From Flavonifractor sp. An92 (GTDB taxonomy: Bacteria; Bacillota; Clostridia; Oscillospirales; Oscillospiraceae), in NCBI RefSeq assembly GCF_002159175.1, contig NZ_NFGZ01000016.1, positions 1-62,582 of the forward strand: a stretch of DNA of 62,582 bases. The letters run 5' to 3'. This document shows, piece after piece, positions 37,253 to 46,877 of this stretch. How positions within the stretch are numbered: position 1 is the first letter of the stretch; each line of letters begins with the position of its first letter. The position numbers and the translations under genes were made by a program. The notes beneath the pieces are model-generated. The model did not search any database, was not told the DNA's origin, and saw nothing but the letters and a program-made list of their open reading frames with translations.

Positions 37253-38839
37253 TCAGCCCCGCGTGGCCACCGCCTCGGCGATGCGCACGCCGTCCACCGC
37301 GGCGGACATGATACCTCCGGCATAGCCCGCCCCCTCGCCGCAGGGGTACAGGCCTTCCAGGGCAGGACACTGAAAATCCTCCCCCCGCAGGATGCGCACC
37401 GGCGAGGACGAGCGGGTCTCCACGCCGGTGAGAACGGCATCCGGGTGGGCAAAGCCGTGGACCTTCCGGTCAAAAATGGGCAACGCCTCCCGCAGGGTGT
37501 CGGTGACATAGTCGGGCAGGCATTGCGTGAGGTCGGTCCAGGTGACCCCGGGCCGGTAGGTGGGCTGGACCGCTCCCGGTCCAGCAGAGGCTTTTCCGGC
37601 CAGGAAATCTCCCACTTTTTGGGCGGGGGCGGCGTAGGACCGCCCGCCCAGCTCCCAGGCGGCCTTCTCCCACTGCTCCTGGAAGCGCACCCCGGCCAGG
37701 GGGTCGTCGCCCGGGAAATCCTCCGGGCCCACGCCCACCAGGAAGCCGCCGTTGATGTTCTCCCCGTCCCGGGCGCGGCAGCTCATGCCGTTGGTGACCA
37801 CGCCCCCCTCCTCCGAGGCGGCGGCCACCACCTGCCCGCCGGGGCAGACGCAGAAGGTGAAGGCGCTGCGGCCCGAGGGCAGGTGACAGGACAGCTTATA
37901 ATCTGCCGGGGGCAGGTCCTTCCAGTAGTCGCCGAACTGGGCGGCACTGATGGCGGACTGCTTCTGCTCGATGCGTACCCCGATGGCGAAATTCTTCTGC
38001 TCCAGGGGGAGGCCCATGTCGTGCAGGAGCGCGAAGGTGTCCCGGGCGGAGTGGCCGGGGGCCAGCACCAGGGCGTCACAGGGCAGCTCGTAGCGCTCCC
38101 CATCGTGCTCCACGGTGACGGAAGTCACCCTTCCGTTCTCCGTCTGAATCCCGGTAAGACGGCTCTCAAAGCGCACCTCGCAGCCCAGCCGGAGAAGTTC
38201 CAGGCGGATGTTCTTCACCACGGTGCGCAAAATGTCGGTGCCGATGTGGGGCTTGTGGCTCCAGGCCACGTCGGCGGGAGCGCCGAATTCCACCAAGGTG
38301 TCCAAAACGGTGGAAATACGGCTGTCGTGGGTGCCGGTGGTGAGCTTTCCGTCGGAAAAGGTGCCCGCGCCGCCCTCGCCGAACTGTACGTTGGAGAGGG
38401 GCGAGAGTTTCCCCTCCCGCCAGAAGCGCTCCACGTCCTCCGCCCGCTGCTCCACGGGGCGGCCCCGCTCCAACACGATGGAGGGGACCCCCGCTCGGGC
38501 CAGATACAGGGCGGCGAAGAGCCCGGCGGGGCCCATGCCCACCACCACCGGCCTCTGCTTGGAGGTCCGGAGCACCGGTGGGAAGCGGTAGACCTTCCGC
38601 TCCACCTTGCTCACCTGTTTGGACTTACAGCGGGCGAGGACCTTGTCCTCTTTGTCCACGGCGACCTGCACCGAGCAGACCAGGTGGACGTCATTTTTCT
38701 TCCGGGCGTCGATGGACTGCCGGATGAGCCGCAGTCCCCCCACAGCCTCCGCCGGTACGCCCAGCACTTTGGCGCAGCGGCGGCGCAGCTCCGGTTCTCC
38801 CGCCCCCACCGGCAGCTTCACATTCTGGATCAGCAGCAT
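37253..38839 (-). CDS. NAD(P)/FAD-dependent oxidoreductase (COG2509-type uncharacterised FAD-dependent dehydrogenase)
   Basis: N-terminal non-catalytic domain, then FAD-binding Rossmann motif VVVGMGPAGLFAALYLARAG. Confidence 0.8.
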   Translation of the reverse strand: MLLIQNVKLPVGAGEPELRRRCAKVLGVPAEAVGGLRLIRQSIDARKKNDVHLVCSVQVAVDKEDKVLARCKSKQVSKVERKVYRFPPVLRTSKQRPVVVGMGPAGLFAALYLARAGVPSIVLERGRPVEQRAEDVERFWREGKLSPLSNVQFGEGGAGTFSDGKLTTGTHDSRISTVLDTLVEFGAPADVAWSHKPHIGTDILRTVVKNIRLELLRLGCEVRFESRLTGIQTENGRVTSVTVEHDGERYELPCDALVLAPGHSARDTFALLHDMGLPLEQKNFAIGVRIEQKQSAISAAQFGDYWKDLPPADYKLSCHLPSGRSAFTFCVCPGGQVVAAASEEGGVVTNGMSCRARDGENINGGFLVGVGPEDFPGDDPLAGVRFQEQWEKAAWELGGRSYAAPAQKVGDFLAGKASAGPGAVQPTYRPGVTWTDLTQCLPDYVTDTLREALPIFDRKVHGFAHPDAVLTGVETRSSSPVRILRGEDFQCPALEGLYPCGEGAGYAGGIMSAAVDGVRIAEAVATRG

Positions 38840-38848
38840 GGAAGCTCC

Positions 38849-39556
38849 TTACAGCCGGGTGGCGGTCTCCAGCGCCACCTCCATCATGGCGGTGAAGGCG
38901 GTCTGCCGCTCCTGGGGGGTGGTGGCCTTATTGGTGAGGATCTCGTCGGACACGGTGAGGAGGGTCATGGCCCGCTTGCCGCACCGAGCGGCGTTGCAGT
39001 AGAGGGCCAGGCTCTCCATCTCCAGGGCCAGCACGCCCATCTTCCGCCACGCCTCCACCGGGGAGATGTCGTCGTAGAAGGTATCATTGGAGCCCACGTT
39101 GCCCACCACCACGGGGTAGCCCTTCTCCCGGGCGATGGCCTCGGCCTCCTTCACCAGGGGGAAAGAGGCGATGGGGGCGAAGGTGCCGGGGAGCTGGTAC
39201 TGGGCAGCGTAGTTGGAGTTGGAGCAGGCGCCCAGGGCGATCACCAGGTCGCCCAGATGGAGGTCCTCCTGGATGGAGCCGGTGGTGCCGATGCGGATGA
39301 TGTTCTCCACGCCGTAGAAGTGGAAGAGCTCATAGGAGTAGATGCCCATGGAGGGGCAGCCCATGCCGCTGCCCTGCACCGAGACCGGCACGCCCTTATA
39401 CTTGCCGGTAAAGCCCAGCATCCCCCGCACGCCGTTGACCTGAACGGCGTCGGTGAGGAAGGTTTCCGCGATGAACTTGGCCCGGAGGGGATCGCCGGGC
39501 ATGAGGACGGTCTTGGCGTAGGCGCCGTTTTCCGCTTCGATGTGGGGGGTAGGCAT
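38849..39556 (-). CDS. deoD: Purine nucleoside phosphorylase, DeoD type
   Basis: PNP-I family signature (..MPGDPLRAKFIAETFL..GMGCPSMGIYSYEL..). Confidence 0.9.
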   Translation of the reverse strand: MPTPHIEAENGAYAKTVLMPGDPLRAKFIAETFLTDAVQVNGVRGMLGFTGKYKGVPVSVQGSGMGCPSMGIYSYELFHFYGVENIIRIGTTGSIQEDLHLGDLVIALGACSNSNYAAQYQLPGTFAPIASFPLVKEAEAIAREKGYPVVVGNVGSNDTFYDDISPVEAWRKMGVLALEMESLALYCNAARCGKRAMTLLTVSDEILTNKATTPQERQTAFTAMMEVALETATRL

Positions 39557-39583
39557 AAAAATCGCTTCCTTTCTGTACTTGGT

Positions 39584-40204
39584 TCAGGATACCCGGATGG
39601 TGTAATCCTCCGCCCCGGGGAGGGCGGTGATAAACTCCTCCACCACGGTGCGGGCCCGCTCCGAGGCGGCGGTGAGCAGGCCCTCGCTGATGGCCCGCTC
39701 CTCCATGGAGGCCTTCTGGTCGGCGGTGAAGCCGGTGTAGTCCTCGATCTGGATGGGGTTGAAGATGTTCTTGGTCTCGTCAAAGACCTCAATGCTCTCC
39801 TCGTCGATGTCGTGGGAGAGGATCTTCCCCTCCGGCAGGGTGACGGAGATGGTCTTGCCGCTGACCTCCACCTGGAGCTCCGACAGGTCTACGCCCGCCT
39901 TGATGACCCCGTCATAGGCCACGATGAAGCTCTTGGTGGTGAAGGGCACCTTCCAGCCGTAAAAATCCAATTGGTTCTGGAATCGTCCCATATTGGTGTA
40001 GTGGTACTCCTGGGTGGCCAGCTCCTGGATGGCGCTCAGGCGCTGACCCAGCAGGGAGCTGGTGATCTGGGGCTGGCTGTTCCGTCCGGCCATGACGCCT
40101 CCCAGGAAGAAGGCGCCGGCCACCACGGCGATCAGGATCAGCACCAGGATCGCCCGCCGCTTCAGCTTGCCGAACCGGCGGACGGTCTGGGTGGTCTCAC
40201 TCAT
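39584..40204 (-). CDS. DUF4230-domain membrane-anchored protein
   Basis: N-terminal TM anchor followed by a DUF4230-like domain. Confidence 0.7.
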   Translation of the reverse strand: MSETTQTVRRFGKLKRRAILVLILIAVVAGAFFLGGVMAGRNSQPQITSSLLGQRLSAIQELATQEYHYTNMGRFQNQLDFYGWKVPFTTKSFIVAYDGVIKAGVDLSELQVEVSGKTISVTLPEGKILSHDIDEESIEVFDETKNIFNPIQIEDYTGFTADQKASMEERAISEGLLTAASERARTVVEEFITALPGAEDYTIRVS

Positions 40205-40221
40205 GCAGTCTTTCCTTTCTC

Positions 40222-41403
40222 TCAGCCCTTCAACCCCTCCAGAGCGGACTGCGCCAGCAGCGCCGCGCCCAGGGGGATGGCCTCGTCATCGGTGCGGAAG
40301 TGTTCGTTGTGCCAGCAGGGGTTGTGCTGGCCGGGGAAGCCGGTGCCCAGCCAGTAGAAAAAGGCGGGCACCTCCTGGCCAAAGACCGCGAAGTCCTCCG
40401 AGCCCATGTCCGGGTTGGGAGACACCACGTGGTCCTCCCCCACCACCGCGGCGGCGGAGCGGCGGGCGATCCTGGTCATCTCCGGGGAGTTCACCGTGGC
40501 GGGGACACCGGGGTGGAATTCCACCTGGGCGGTGCAGCCGTAGGCGTTTGCCACCCCCACCGTCAGCTCCTCCAAGCGCTGCTCGGCGTGGCGGTGGGCC
40601 TGGGCGCCGTGGGCCCGGATGCTCCCGGTCATGGTGAGGACGTCGGGCACGAAGTTGTCCGGGGTCCCGGCGTGGATGGACAGCACCGAGCACACCACGC
40701 TCTCCAGCGGGTCGGTGTTGCGGCTCACCACGGTCTGGAGGGCGTTCACCACCCCGGCGGCGGCCACGATGACGTCGGTACACTTGTGGGGGGAGCCGCC
40801 GTGGCCGGACTTGCCGTGGAGGGTGATGGTGAAGTGGCTCTTGCCTGCCATCACCGGGCCCTCCATGGCGGCGATGTCCCCCACCGGCAGCTCCGGCCGG
40901 GTGTGGAGGGCAAAGATCCGCTCCGGCTTGGGCACCGGCAGCTTGTCCCACAGCCCATGGTCCAGCATGGCCTGGGCGCCCTGGGTGATCTCCTCAGCGG
41001 GCTGGAACACAAAGACCACGTTGCCCGCGACCTCCTCCTTCCGCTCGCTCAGGATCTTGGCCGCGCCCAGCAGGCAGGTGGTATGGAAATCGTGGCCGCA
41101 GGCGTGCATCTTGCCCGGCTCCTCGGATACCACGCCGTTGTCGGCGGGCTCCTGCTGCTCAATGGCGTCGATGTCGGCCCGCAGGGCCACGGTGGGGCCC
41201 TCCTGGCCGCCGAAGAGGACGGCCACCGCGCCGGTTTCCATCCCCAGGTCCACCAGATGCAGGCCCATGGCCAGCAGCTGGTCCTGGATGATCTTGGTGG
41301 TGCGCACCTCCTGGAAGCTCAGCTCCGGGTGAAGGTGGATATCATTCTTGATGCTCTGAAGCTCGGGCGCCAGGGCCTGGGCCCGCTCCCGTATGGAAGT
41401 CAT
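40222..41403 (-). CDS. M20D-family amidohydrolase (N-acyl-amino-acid amidohydrolase / hippuricase-like)
   Basis: M20/M40 metal-binding motifs (..MHACGHDFH..). Confidence 0.85.
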   Translation of the reverse strand: MTSIRERAQALAPELQSIKNDIHLHPELSFQEVRTTKIIQDQLLAMGLHLVDLGMETGAVAVLFGGQEGPTVALRADIDAIEQQEPADNGVVSEEPGKMHACGHDFHTTCLLGAAKILSERKEEVAGNVVFVFQPAEEITQGAQAMLDHGLWDKLPVPKPERIFALHTRPELPVGDIAAMEGPVMAGKSHFTITLHGKSGHGGSPHKCTDVIVAAAGVVNALQTVVSRNTDPLESVVCSVLSIHAGTPDNFVPDVLTMTGSIRAHGAQAHRHAEQRLEELTVGVANAYGCTAQVEFHPGVPATVNSPEMTRIARRSAAAVVGEDHVVSPNPDMGSEDFAVFGQEVPAFFYWLGTGFPGQHNPCWHNEHFRTDDEAIPLGAALLAQSALEGLKG

Positions 41404-41553
41404 AAAAACCCTTCTTTCTTGCAGTCGGTGTTGGTTCGTACTATACTATTATGTTATAAGTGGTCATTCGTCCGGAAACCCAGCCCTTCGCCGGTGTTCC
41501 CGAACACACTATATTCCATTCCCCTGGGATTTGCAAGGGGCGGGAGGGTTTTT

Positions 41554-42909
41554 ATGCACGAAGAACAGCACGATTTCTCACAGGGCAGCATACCCCGCAA
41601 CATTCTCAGTCTGGCCCTGCCCATGACGGCGGCCCAGCTCATCAATATCCTCTATAACATCGTGGACCGCATGTACATCGGGCGCATCCCCGGGGAGGGG
41701 CGGCTGGCTCTGACGGGCCTGGGGCTGTGTCTGCCCATCATCTCCATCCTCATCGGCTTTGCCAATCTCTGCGGCAGCGGAGGCGGCCCGCTGTGCTCCA
41801 TCCACCGGGGCCGGGGCGACCGCGAAGAGGCTCAGAAAGTGATGGGCAATTCCTTCACGCTGCTCCTCCTCTTCGGCACAGCCCTCACGGTGCTGTGTCT
41901 CCTGTTCCGGCGTCCCATCCTCTACCTCTTCGGGGCCAGCGATGTGACCTACCCCTACGCCAACGACTACCTGACCATCTATCTGCTGGGTACCCTCTTC
42001 GTGATGATCGGTCTGGGTATGAATCCCTTTATCAACGCCCAGGGCTTCGGCCGGGTGGGCATGGGGACGGTGGCGCTGGGCGCGGTGGTGAACATCGTGC
42101 TGGACCCGGTCTTTATTTTTCTGCTGGGCATGGGAGTGAAGGGTGCCGCCCTGGCCACCGTGCTCTCCCAGGGCTGCTCGGCGGCGTGGGTGCTCCTCTT
42201 CCTCACCGGCAAGCGCACCGAGCTGCGCCTGCGCCTCTCTGACCTGCGCCTCCAGCGAACCCGGGTGGGGCGCATCCTGGGGCTGGGCTCCTCGGGCTTT
42301 GCCATGTCCCTCACCAACAGTCTGGTGCAGGTGCTGTGCAATGCCACGCTGAAGATCTACGGCGGCGACCTCTATGTGGGCGTGATGACGGTCATCAACT
42401 CCATCCGGGAGGTCATCTCCATGCCCATCCAGGGCATCACCCAGGGCTGTCAGCCGGTGCTGAGCTTCAACTACGGCGCCGGCCGGCCCGAGCGGGTGCG
42501 CCAGGGAGTGCGCTTCACCGCCGCCGTGACCATGGTCTACTCCATCGTCGTTTGGGTGGTCACCCTGGCGGTTCCGGGCTTCCTGATCCGCATCTTCAAC
42601 GACGACCCGCTGCTCCTGGCCGACGGCGTGCCCGCCTTCCGCATCTACTTCGCCACCTTCGCCTTCATGTCCTTCCAGTTCATCGGCCAGTCGGTGTTCG
42701 TGGCCCTGGGCCGGTCCCGCAGCGCGGTGTTCTTCTCCCTGCTGCGCAAGGCCTTCATTGTGGCCCCGCTGACCGTCCTCCTGCCCCTGTTCGGCCTGGG
42801 GGTGAACGGCGTGTTCCTGGCCGAGCCCATCTCCAACGTGGTGGGGGGCCTGGCCTGCGTGCTGACCATGTATTGCACCGTCTACCGCCATCTGGACGCC
42901 GTCCGCTGA
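41554..42909 (+). CDS. MATE-family efflux transporter
   Basis: 12-TM MATE signature (..ALPMTAAQLINILYNIVDRMYIG..). GGGAGGG RBS. The long upstream in-frame extension is non-coding. Confidence 0.85.
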   Translation: MHEEQHDFSQGSIPRNILSLALPMTAAQLINILYNIVDRMYIGRIPGEGRLALTGLGLCLPIISILIGFANLCGSGGGPLCSIHRGRGDREEAQKVMGNSFTLLLLFGTALTVLCLLFRRPILYLFGASDVTYPYANDYLTIYLLGTLFVMIGLGMNPFINAQGFGRVGMGTVALGAVVNIVLDPVFIFLLGMGVKGAALATVLSQGCSAAWVLLFLTGKRTELRLRLSDLRLQRTRVGRILGLGSSGFAMSLTNSLVQVLCNATLKIYGGDLYVGVMTVINSIREVISMPIQGITQGCQPVLSFNYGAGRPERVRQGVRFTAAVTMVYSIVVWVVTLAVPGFLIRIFNDDPLLLADGVPAFRIYFATFAFMSFQFIGQSVFVALGRSRSAVFFSLLRKAFIVAPLTVLLPLFGLGVNGVFLAEPISNVVGGLACVLTMYCTVYRHLDAVR

Positions 42910-42917
42910 CCTTCCCG

Positions 42918-42949
42918 CGCTCCGCCTTATCCAGGCGGAGCGTCTTTTT
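42918..42949 (+). terminator. Rho-independent terminator of the MATE gene
   Basis: cgctccgcc-ttatccag-gcggagcg followed by tcttttta. Confidence 0.6.
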
Positions 42950-42995
42950 ATACATCGTTTTTACAAAAAGTTCACAAACTTCCTATGCTTCGCCC

Positions 42996-43024
42996 TTGCA
43001 CTTTTACCAAAAACGCGGTATAAT
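42996..43024 (+). promoter_or_regulatory. Near-consensus sigma-A promoter (TTGCAC-17-TATAAT) of a short stand-alone transcription unit
   Basis: TTGCACttttaccaaaaacgcggTATAAT. Confidence 0.55.
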
Positions 43025-43058
43025 AATCCCAGTTTGAATGAGAAAGGAGATGAGAGAT

Positions 43059-43151
43059 ATGATTCTGACCAAGTTCCGCGGCGCCTATGGCAGCGATGTG
43101 GACGAGCTCATTTTTGGCAGTGAGGAAGACGTCATTTACAGCGAGCGCTGA
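43059..43151 (+). CDS. Candidate mini-ORF (30 aa, MILTKFRGAYGSDVDELIFGSEEDVIYSER) between promoter and terminator
   Basis: AAAGGAGA RBS 8 nt upstream of ATG. Too short for the ORF track. Acidic peptide with no family assignment. Confidence 0.3.
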   Translation: MILTKFRGAYGSDVDELIFGSEEDVIYSER

Positions 43152-43311
43152 TCCGGTTTCGGAAAAGAGAGTCGTTTGAATGGTTCCACACCTGTGAGCT
43201 TGTGACAGCCACAACGGTGTGGATTTTCTTTTTGGATCCCAATCCGATGCAGCTGTATTCGGTCCCCTGCGGACCGTTGCGATACAACACCCTGCCTTCT
43301 TGATCCGTCTG

Positions 43312-43344
43312 GGCGTGGACCGTTCCGGTCCACGCCCGTTTTTT
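43312..43344 (+). terminator. Rho-independent terminator closing the 42996-43344 unit
   Basis: ggcgtggacc-gttcc-ggtccacgcc followed by cgtttttt. An earlier hairpin, ccacacc...ggtgtgg plus attttcttttt, lies at about 43183-43235. Confidence 0.55.
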
Positions 43345-43439
43345 CTGCTCCGTCACAAAACCTTAATGAAATCTCCATAGAATTCCCCACCGCTTCGTGC
43401 TAAGCTGGTACATCATACAGAGAAACGGAGCGCTGACCC

Positions 43440-44114
43440 ATGAAACGCTATTCCTGGCCGCTGACGCTGCTGCTCACCCTGGTTCTGCTGGGCGGCGGCG
43501 GGTATTTTCTGTGGCGGACCGGCTTTTTCGCCATCACTTCCCTGGAGGGGATGCGGACCTATATCCAGAACTTCGCCCCCTACTCCCACCTCCTCTATTT
43601 TCTCATCCAGCTGGCCTCGGTGATCCTGGCCCCCATCCCCAGCAACCTGACCGCCATGGCGGGAGGCCTGCTGTTCGGGGCGGGGCTCTCCTTCCTGCTC
43701 ACCGCCGGGGCGGTGATTTTGGGCTCCATGATCGTCTTTCTGCTGGCCCAGGCGCTGGGGCGCTCCTTCGCCGACCGCTTCGTGAGCCAGCGGGTCAGCG
43801 AGCGCTACCTGGAGATCATCCGGCGCAAGCGGGATGTGTTCCTGGCCCTGGTGTTCCTCTTCCCCTTCTTCCCCGACGACCTCATCTGCATCCTGGCGGG
43901 GCTCACCGACATCCCGCCCCTGCGCTTTCTGGTTTTGGTGACCCTCACCCGGCCCTGGGGCCTGCTGGTGGCCTGTGCTCTGGGCGGATCGGTGATCTCC
44001 ATCCCCATCTGGACCATGGTGCTCATCGGGGCGGTGGGGCTGGTGCTGTTCCTGGTGGCCCTCAAGTACGGCGACCGGTGGGAGGCCGCCCTGCTGGAGC
44101 GTTTTCAGAAATAA
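43440..44114 (+). CDS. TVP38/TMEM64 (DedA/SNARE-associated) family membrane protein
   Basis: DedA-type core (..PIPSNLTAMAGGLLFG..) with multiple TM helices. Confidence 0.85.
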   Translation: MKRYSWPLTLLLTLVLLGGGGYFLWRTGFFAITSLEGMRTYIQNFAPYSHLLYFLIQLASVILAPIPSNLTAMAGGLLFGAGLSFLLTAGAVILGSMIVFLLAQALGRSFADRFVSQRVSERYLEIIRRKRDVFLALVFLFPFFPDDLICILAGLTDIPPLRFLVLVTLTRPWGLLVACALGGSVISIPIWTMVLIGAVGLVLFLVALKYGDRWEAALLERFQK

Positions 44115-44166
44115 AACAAGAGGCCGGACCCCGCTGTGGGGTCCGGCCTCTCTTATCTCTTATGGT

Positions 44167-45594
44167 TTATGCTTCGGGGGCGGGGGCGGGAGTCTCAGCG
44201 GCCGGAGCCGGAGCCGCGGGGGCCTCGGCCTCCTTCCGCGTGCCCAGATAGGAGGGCAGCTCCATGCCGGCCATGTCGAACATCTCGCTCATGGGGGGGA
44301 TGCTCTTCATCATGCCGGAGACAAAGTTGGCGGTGGCGGTCTTGCCGTCCTTGTTCTCGCCGCCGTCCCAGACGGTGACCTTGTCGATCTTGATGTTCTT
44401 CACGGCGTCCACCTGGATGCGCATGAGCTCCTCCATCTTGTCGGCCAGCATCAGGCGCACGGCGCTGTCGGCGTCGCCGCCGGCGGCGGCCACCACCTGG
44501 CGCAGACCGTCGGCCTGCTTCAGCAGGATCTCCTGGGCGCCCTGGGCCTCGGCCTGCATCTTGGCCAGGATAGCGTCGGCCTCACCTTTGGCCTTGCGGC
44601 GGATCTGCTCAGCCTCGGCCTCGGCCTCCAGCTCCTTCTTGCGCTTCTCGATCTCGGTCTTGACGATGATGTCGGCCTCCTGGGTGGCCTTCTCACGGGC
44701 GGCACGGGCGGCCTCGGCCTTCTGCTCGGCGGCGTAGGCCTCCTCCAGGGCCTGAGCGGCGGCGATCTTCTCGGCAGCGGTGGCGATGCGGGTGGCCTCG
44801 GCCTCCTTCTCCCGGCGCTGGGCGTTGGACATGGCCACTTCCACCTTGGCGTTGTTCTCACCCTGGATGGCCATGGCGTCGGCCTGGGCCACCTGGACGC
44901 GCTGGTCCTTGCGGGCGTTGGCCTCACCGATGGAGCCGTCGCGGTCCTTCTCGGCCACGTTCTTCTTGGCGTCGTTGATGGCCTTGGCAGCGGCCTCCTT
45001 ACCGAGGGCGTCGATATAGCCGGACTCGTCGGAGATGTCGGTGACGTTGACGTTGATGAGGCGCAGGCCGATCTTCTTCAGCTCGCCCTCCACGTTGCGG
45101 GAGACCGCCTCCAGGAACTTGTCGCGGTCGGTGTTGATCTCCTCGATGTCCATGGTGGCGATGACCAGACGCAGCTGACCGAAGATGATATCCTTGGCCA
45201 GCTCCTGGATCTCCTGGAGCTTCAGGCCCAGCAGGCGCTCGGCGGCATTCTGCATGACGCCGGGCTCAGTGGAGATACCCACAGTGAAGCGGCTGGGTAC
45301 GTTGATGCGGATGTTCTGGCGGGACAGGGCGTTCTCCAGGTCCACCGAGATGGACAGGGGGGTCAGATCCAGGAACTCATAGGACTGGATCACGGGCCAG
45401 ACGAAGGCCGCGCCGCCGTGGATACACTTGGCCGAACGGGCCGAGCCGTCCTTGTTGCTGCCCACCTTACCGTAGATGACCATGACCTTGTCGGAGGGGC
45501 ACTTCTTATAGCGCTTGATGAGGAAGAGCAGCAGAGAGAATACGATGAGTACGATGACACAGGTGAGGACCATTCCAAAGATGTTGTCGAACAT
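44167..45594 (-). CDS. floT: Flotillin-family (SPFH/Band 7) protein, FloT/YuaG-like
   Basis: N-terminal TM, SPFH domain, long Ala/Glu-rich coiled-coil flotillin region (EAEA repeats), and an Ala/Pro-rich tail. Confidence 0.9.
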   Translation of the reverse strand: MFDNIFGMVLTCVIVLIVFSLLLFLIKRYKKCPSDKVMVIYGKVGSNKDGSARSAKCIHGGAAFVWPVIQSYEFLDLTPLSISVDLENALSRQNIRINVPSRFTVGISTEPGVMQNAAERLLGLKLQEIQELAKDIIFGQLRLVIATMDIEEINTDRDKFLEAVSRNVEGELKKIGLRLINVNVTDISDESGYIDALGKEAAAKAINDAKKNVAEKDRDGSIGEANARKDQRVQVAQADAMAIQGENNAKVEVAMSNAQRREKEAEATRIATAAEKIAAAQALEEAYAAEQKAEAARAAREKATQEADIIVKTEIEKRKKELEAEAEAEQIRRKAKGEADAILAKMQAEAQGAQEILLKQADGLRQVVAAAGGDADSAVRLMLADKMEELMRIQVDAVKNIKIDKVTVWDGGENKDGKTATANFVSGMMKSIPPMSEMFDMAGMELPSYLGTRKEAEAPAAPAPAAETPAPAPEA

Positions 45595-45612
45595 AGCTTA
45601 CCTCTCTTTCGT

Positions 45613-46266
45613 TCAATCGTTTGTGGTCGGTTCTACCAGAAGCACCGCGCCGTCCAGACCGGTGACCAATACGGTGCTGCCGGTGGGGAGGGCGGCGGAG
45701 CTTTCCGTCTCCGCTTCAAATTCCCGGAGCTGGTCCTGGACCAGCACCGTCACCTTGCCCCGGCCCGAGCGGACTGGCGGGATGGTGAGATAGACGCTGC
45801 CCGTCTGGCCGATGGCCCCCCGCAGGCGGAGGGTGCCGTCGGTCTGGAGGTTGAGGGCCGCCCGGACCAGGAGGGCCATGCCCACCATGCCCGCCACGCC
45901 GATCTGTATCCCCAGGAAGAGGGCCAGCCAGGCGGGGAGGAACTGGCAGAGCCACAGGCTCCCCCAGCCGAAGAGGGCGAAGAAGGCCACCACGCCCCGC
46001 AGGGTAAAAATCTGCAGCGGGGCTCCGGTCGTGTCCGGCGCGTCGGGAATGCCGTCACCGTCCACGTCGATCCAGCCATCGGGGAACCCATCTCCGTCCA
46101 GATCCGCCGCCCCGTCGGGGATACCGTCCCCGTCCAGATCGGCGCCCGGACCGCCCCCGCCCAGCAGGAGCAAAATGGTCTGGACCAGCAGCAGGAGCGT
46201 GGCCGGTACGGCCACATAGAGGAGCACGTGCTCCAGGGTCGTCAGGGATTGCCACCAGAGGGCCAT
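45613..46266 (-). CDS. NfeD-like membrane protein (YuaF-like flotillin partner) carrying three Asp-rich DxDGDGxPD repeats
   Basis: TM helices plus a C-terminal OB-fold-like NfeD domain (..GKVTVLVQDQLREFEAETE..); immediately upstream of flotillin. Insert DLDGDGIPDGAADLDGDGFPDGWIDVDGDGIPD lies between TM1 and TM2. Confidence 0.75.
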   Translation of the reverse strand: MALWWQSLTTLEHVLLYVAVPATLLLLVQTILLLLGGGGPGADLDGDGIPDGAADLDGDGFPDGWIDVDGDGIPDAPDTTGAPLQIFTLRGVVAFFALFGWGSLWLCQFLPAWLALFLGIQIGVAGMVGMALLVRAALNLQTDGTLRLRGAIGQTGSVYLTIPPVRSGRGKVTVLVQDQLREFEAETESSAALPTGSTVLVTGLDGAVLLVEPTTND

Positions 46267-46267
46267 G

Positions 46268-46846
46268 TTAGACCTCCTTTCCCTCGTTGGTGTCCAATTC
46301 TGTGATGAGAGTCTCGGCCCGGCGTTTCAGCACGCAGGAGAACCAGGCCGTCAGGATGATCCGCAGCACCTGCTCCACGCGGGCCTTGGCGCCGGGGATC
46401 ACCTCCTCATAGGGCTCCAGGGCCTGCGCGCACCATGCGTCCAGCTCGGACTGGGTGGGGAGGACCCCCTGTTCCATCCGGAGCGTCAGAGCGGAGACAT
46501 AGCCGTAGAGCTGTTCGTCGTCGATGAGGTCATCGCTCTCGTCGTCCAGGTCGCCGTTGACATAGCTGAGCAGGCAGCAGATCTTATCCAGTTGCAGGCA
46601 GTCTTTCAGCAGGTTGATGGTGGCGATGCGGCAGAACTGCCGGCGGCTGTAACGCTTCCGCACCGGCGGAGAGACGAAGCCGCGCCGCACCCAATTTTGG
46701 ACCGTATAGGGCTCGAGCCCGGTGAGCTGTGCCACCTGGGACAGCATCAACCCCCCTGCCAGGAAGAGGGGCTTCAACACAGTCTCCGCCGCGTCCGGTT
46801 GCCCCGGGTCCACCGGAATGGTGGTACCTGGTAGTGTGTGTGGCAT
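46268..46846 (-). CDS. DUF1836-like protein with MerR-like helix-turn-helix, first gene of the flotillin operon
   Basis: ..LSQVAQLTGLEPYTVQNWVRRGFVSPP.. HTH; the 1-nt gap to the NfeD gene suggests co-transcription. Family assignment is from memory and moderate. Confidence 0.55.
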   Translation of the reverse strand: MPHTLPGTTIPVDPGQPDAAETVLKPLFLAGGLMLSQVAQLTGLEPYTVQNWVRRGFVSPPVRKRYSRRQFCRIATINLLKDCLQLDKICCLLSYVNGDLDDESDDLIDDEQLYGYVSALTLRMEQGVLPTQSELDAWCAQALEPYEEVIPGAKARVEQVLRIILTAWFSCVLKRRAETLITELDTNEGKEV

Positions 46847-46877
46847 GTACGCCGCCTCCTCTCTTTAGGGTGATTTG

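Noticed and set aside
37445-40357. 970-aa plus-strand ORF spanning the FAD oxidoreductase, deoD and DUF4230 genes
   Set aside because: Antisense shadow of three well-supported minus-strand genes.
40300-41553. Upstream 418 codons of ORF 40300-42909
   Set aside because: They overlap the M20 amidohydrolase gene on the opposite strand. The MATE protein clearly begins at MHEEQ (41554) with its own RBS.
43132-43390. Minus-strand ORFs of 74 and 84 aa in the MATE/DedA intergenic region
   Set aside because: The region is better explained by the plus-strand promoter, mini-ORF and terminator unit; the minus-strand ORFs lack an RBS.
45980-46170. Tandemly repeated DNA (3 units of about 30 bp) that could be mistaken for a short CRISPR-like or VNTR array
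   Set aside because: It lies inside the NfeD coding sequence and encodes the in-frame DxDGDGxPD repeats. There are no spacers and no cas genes.
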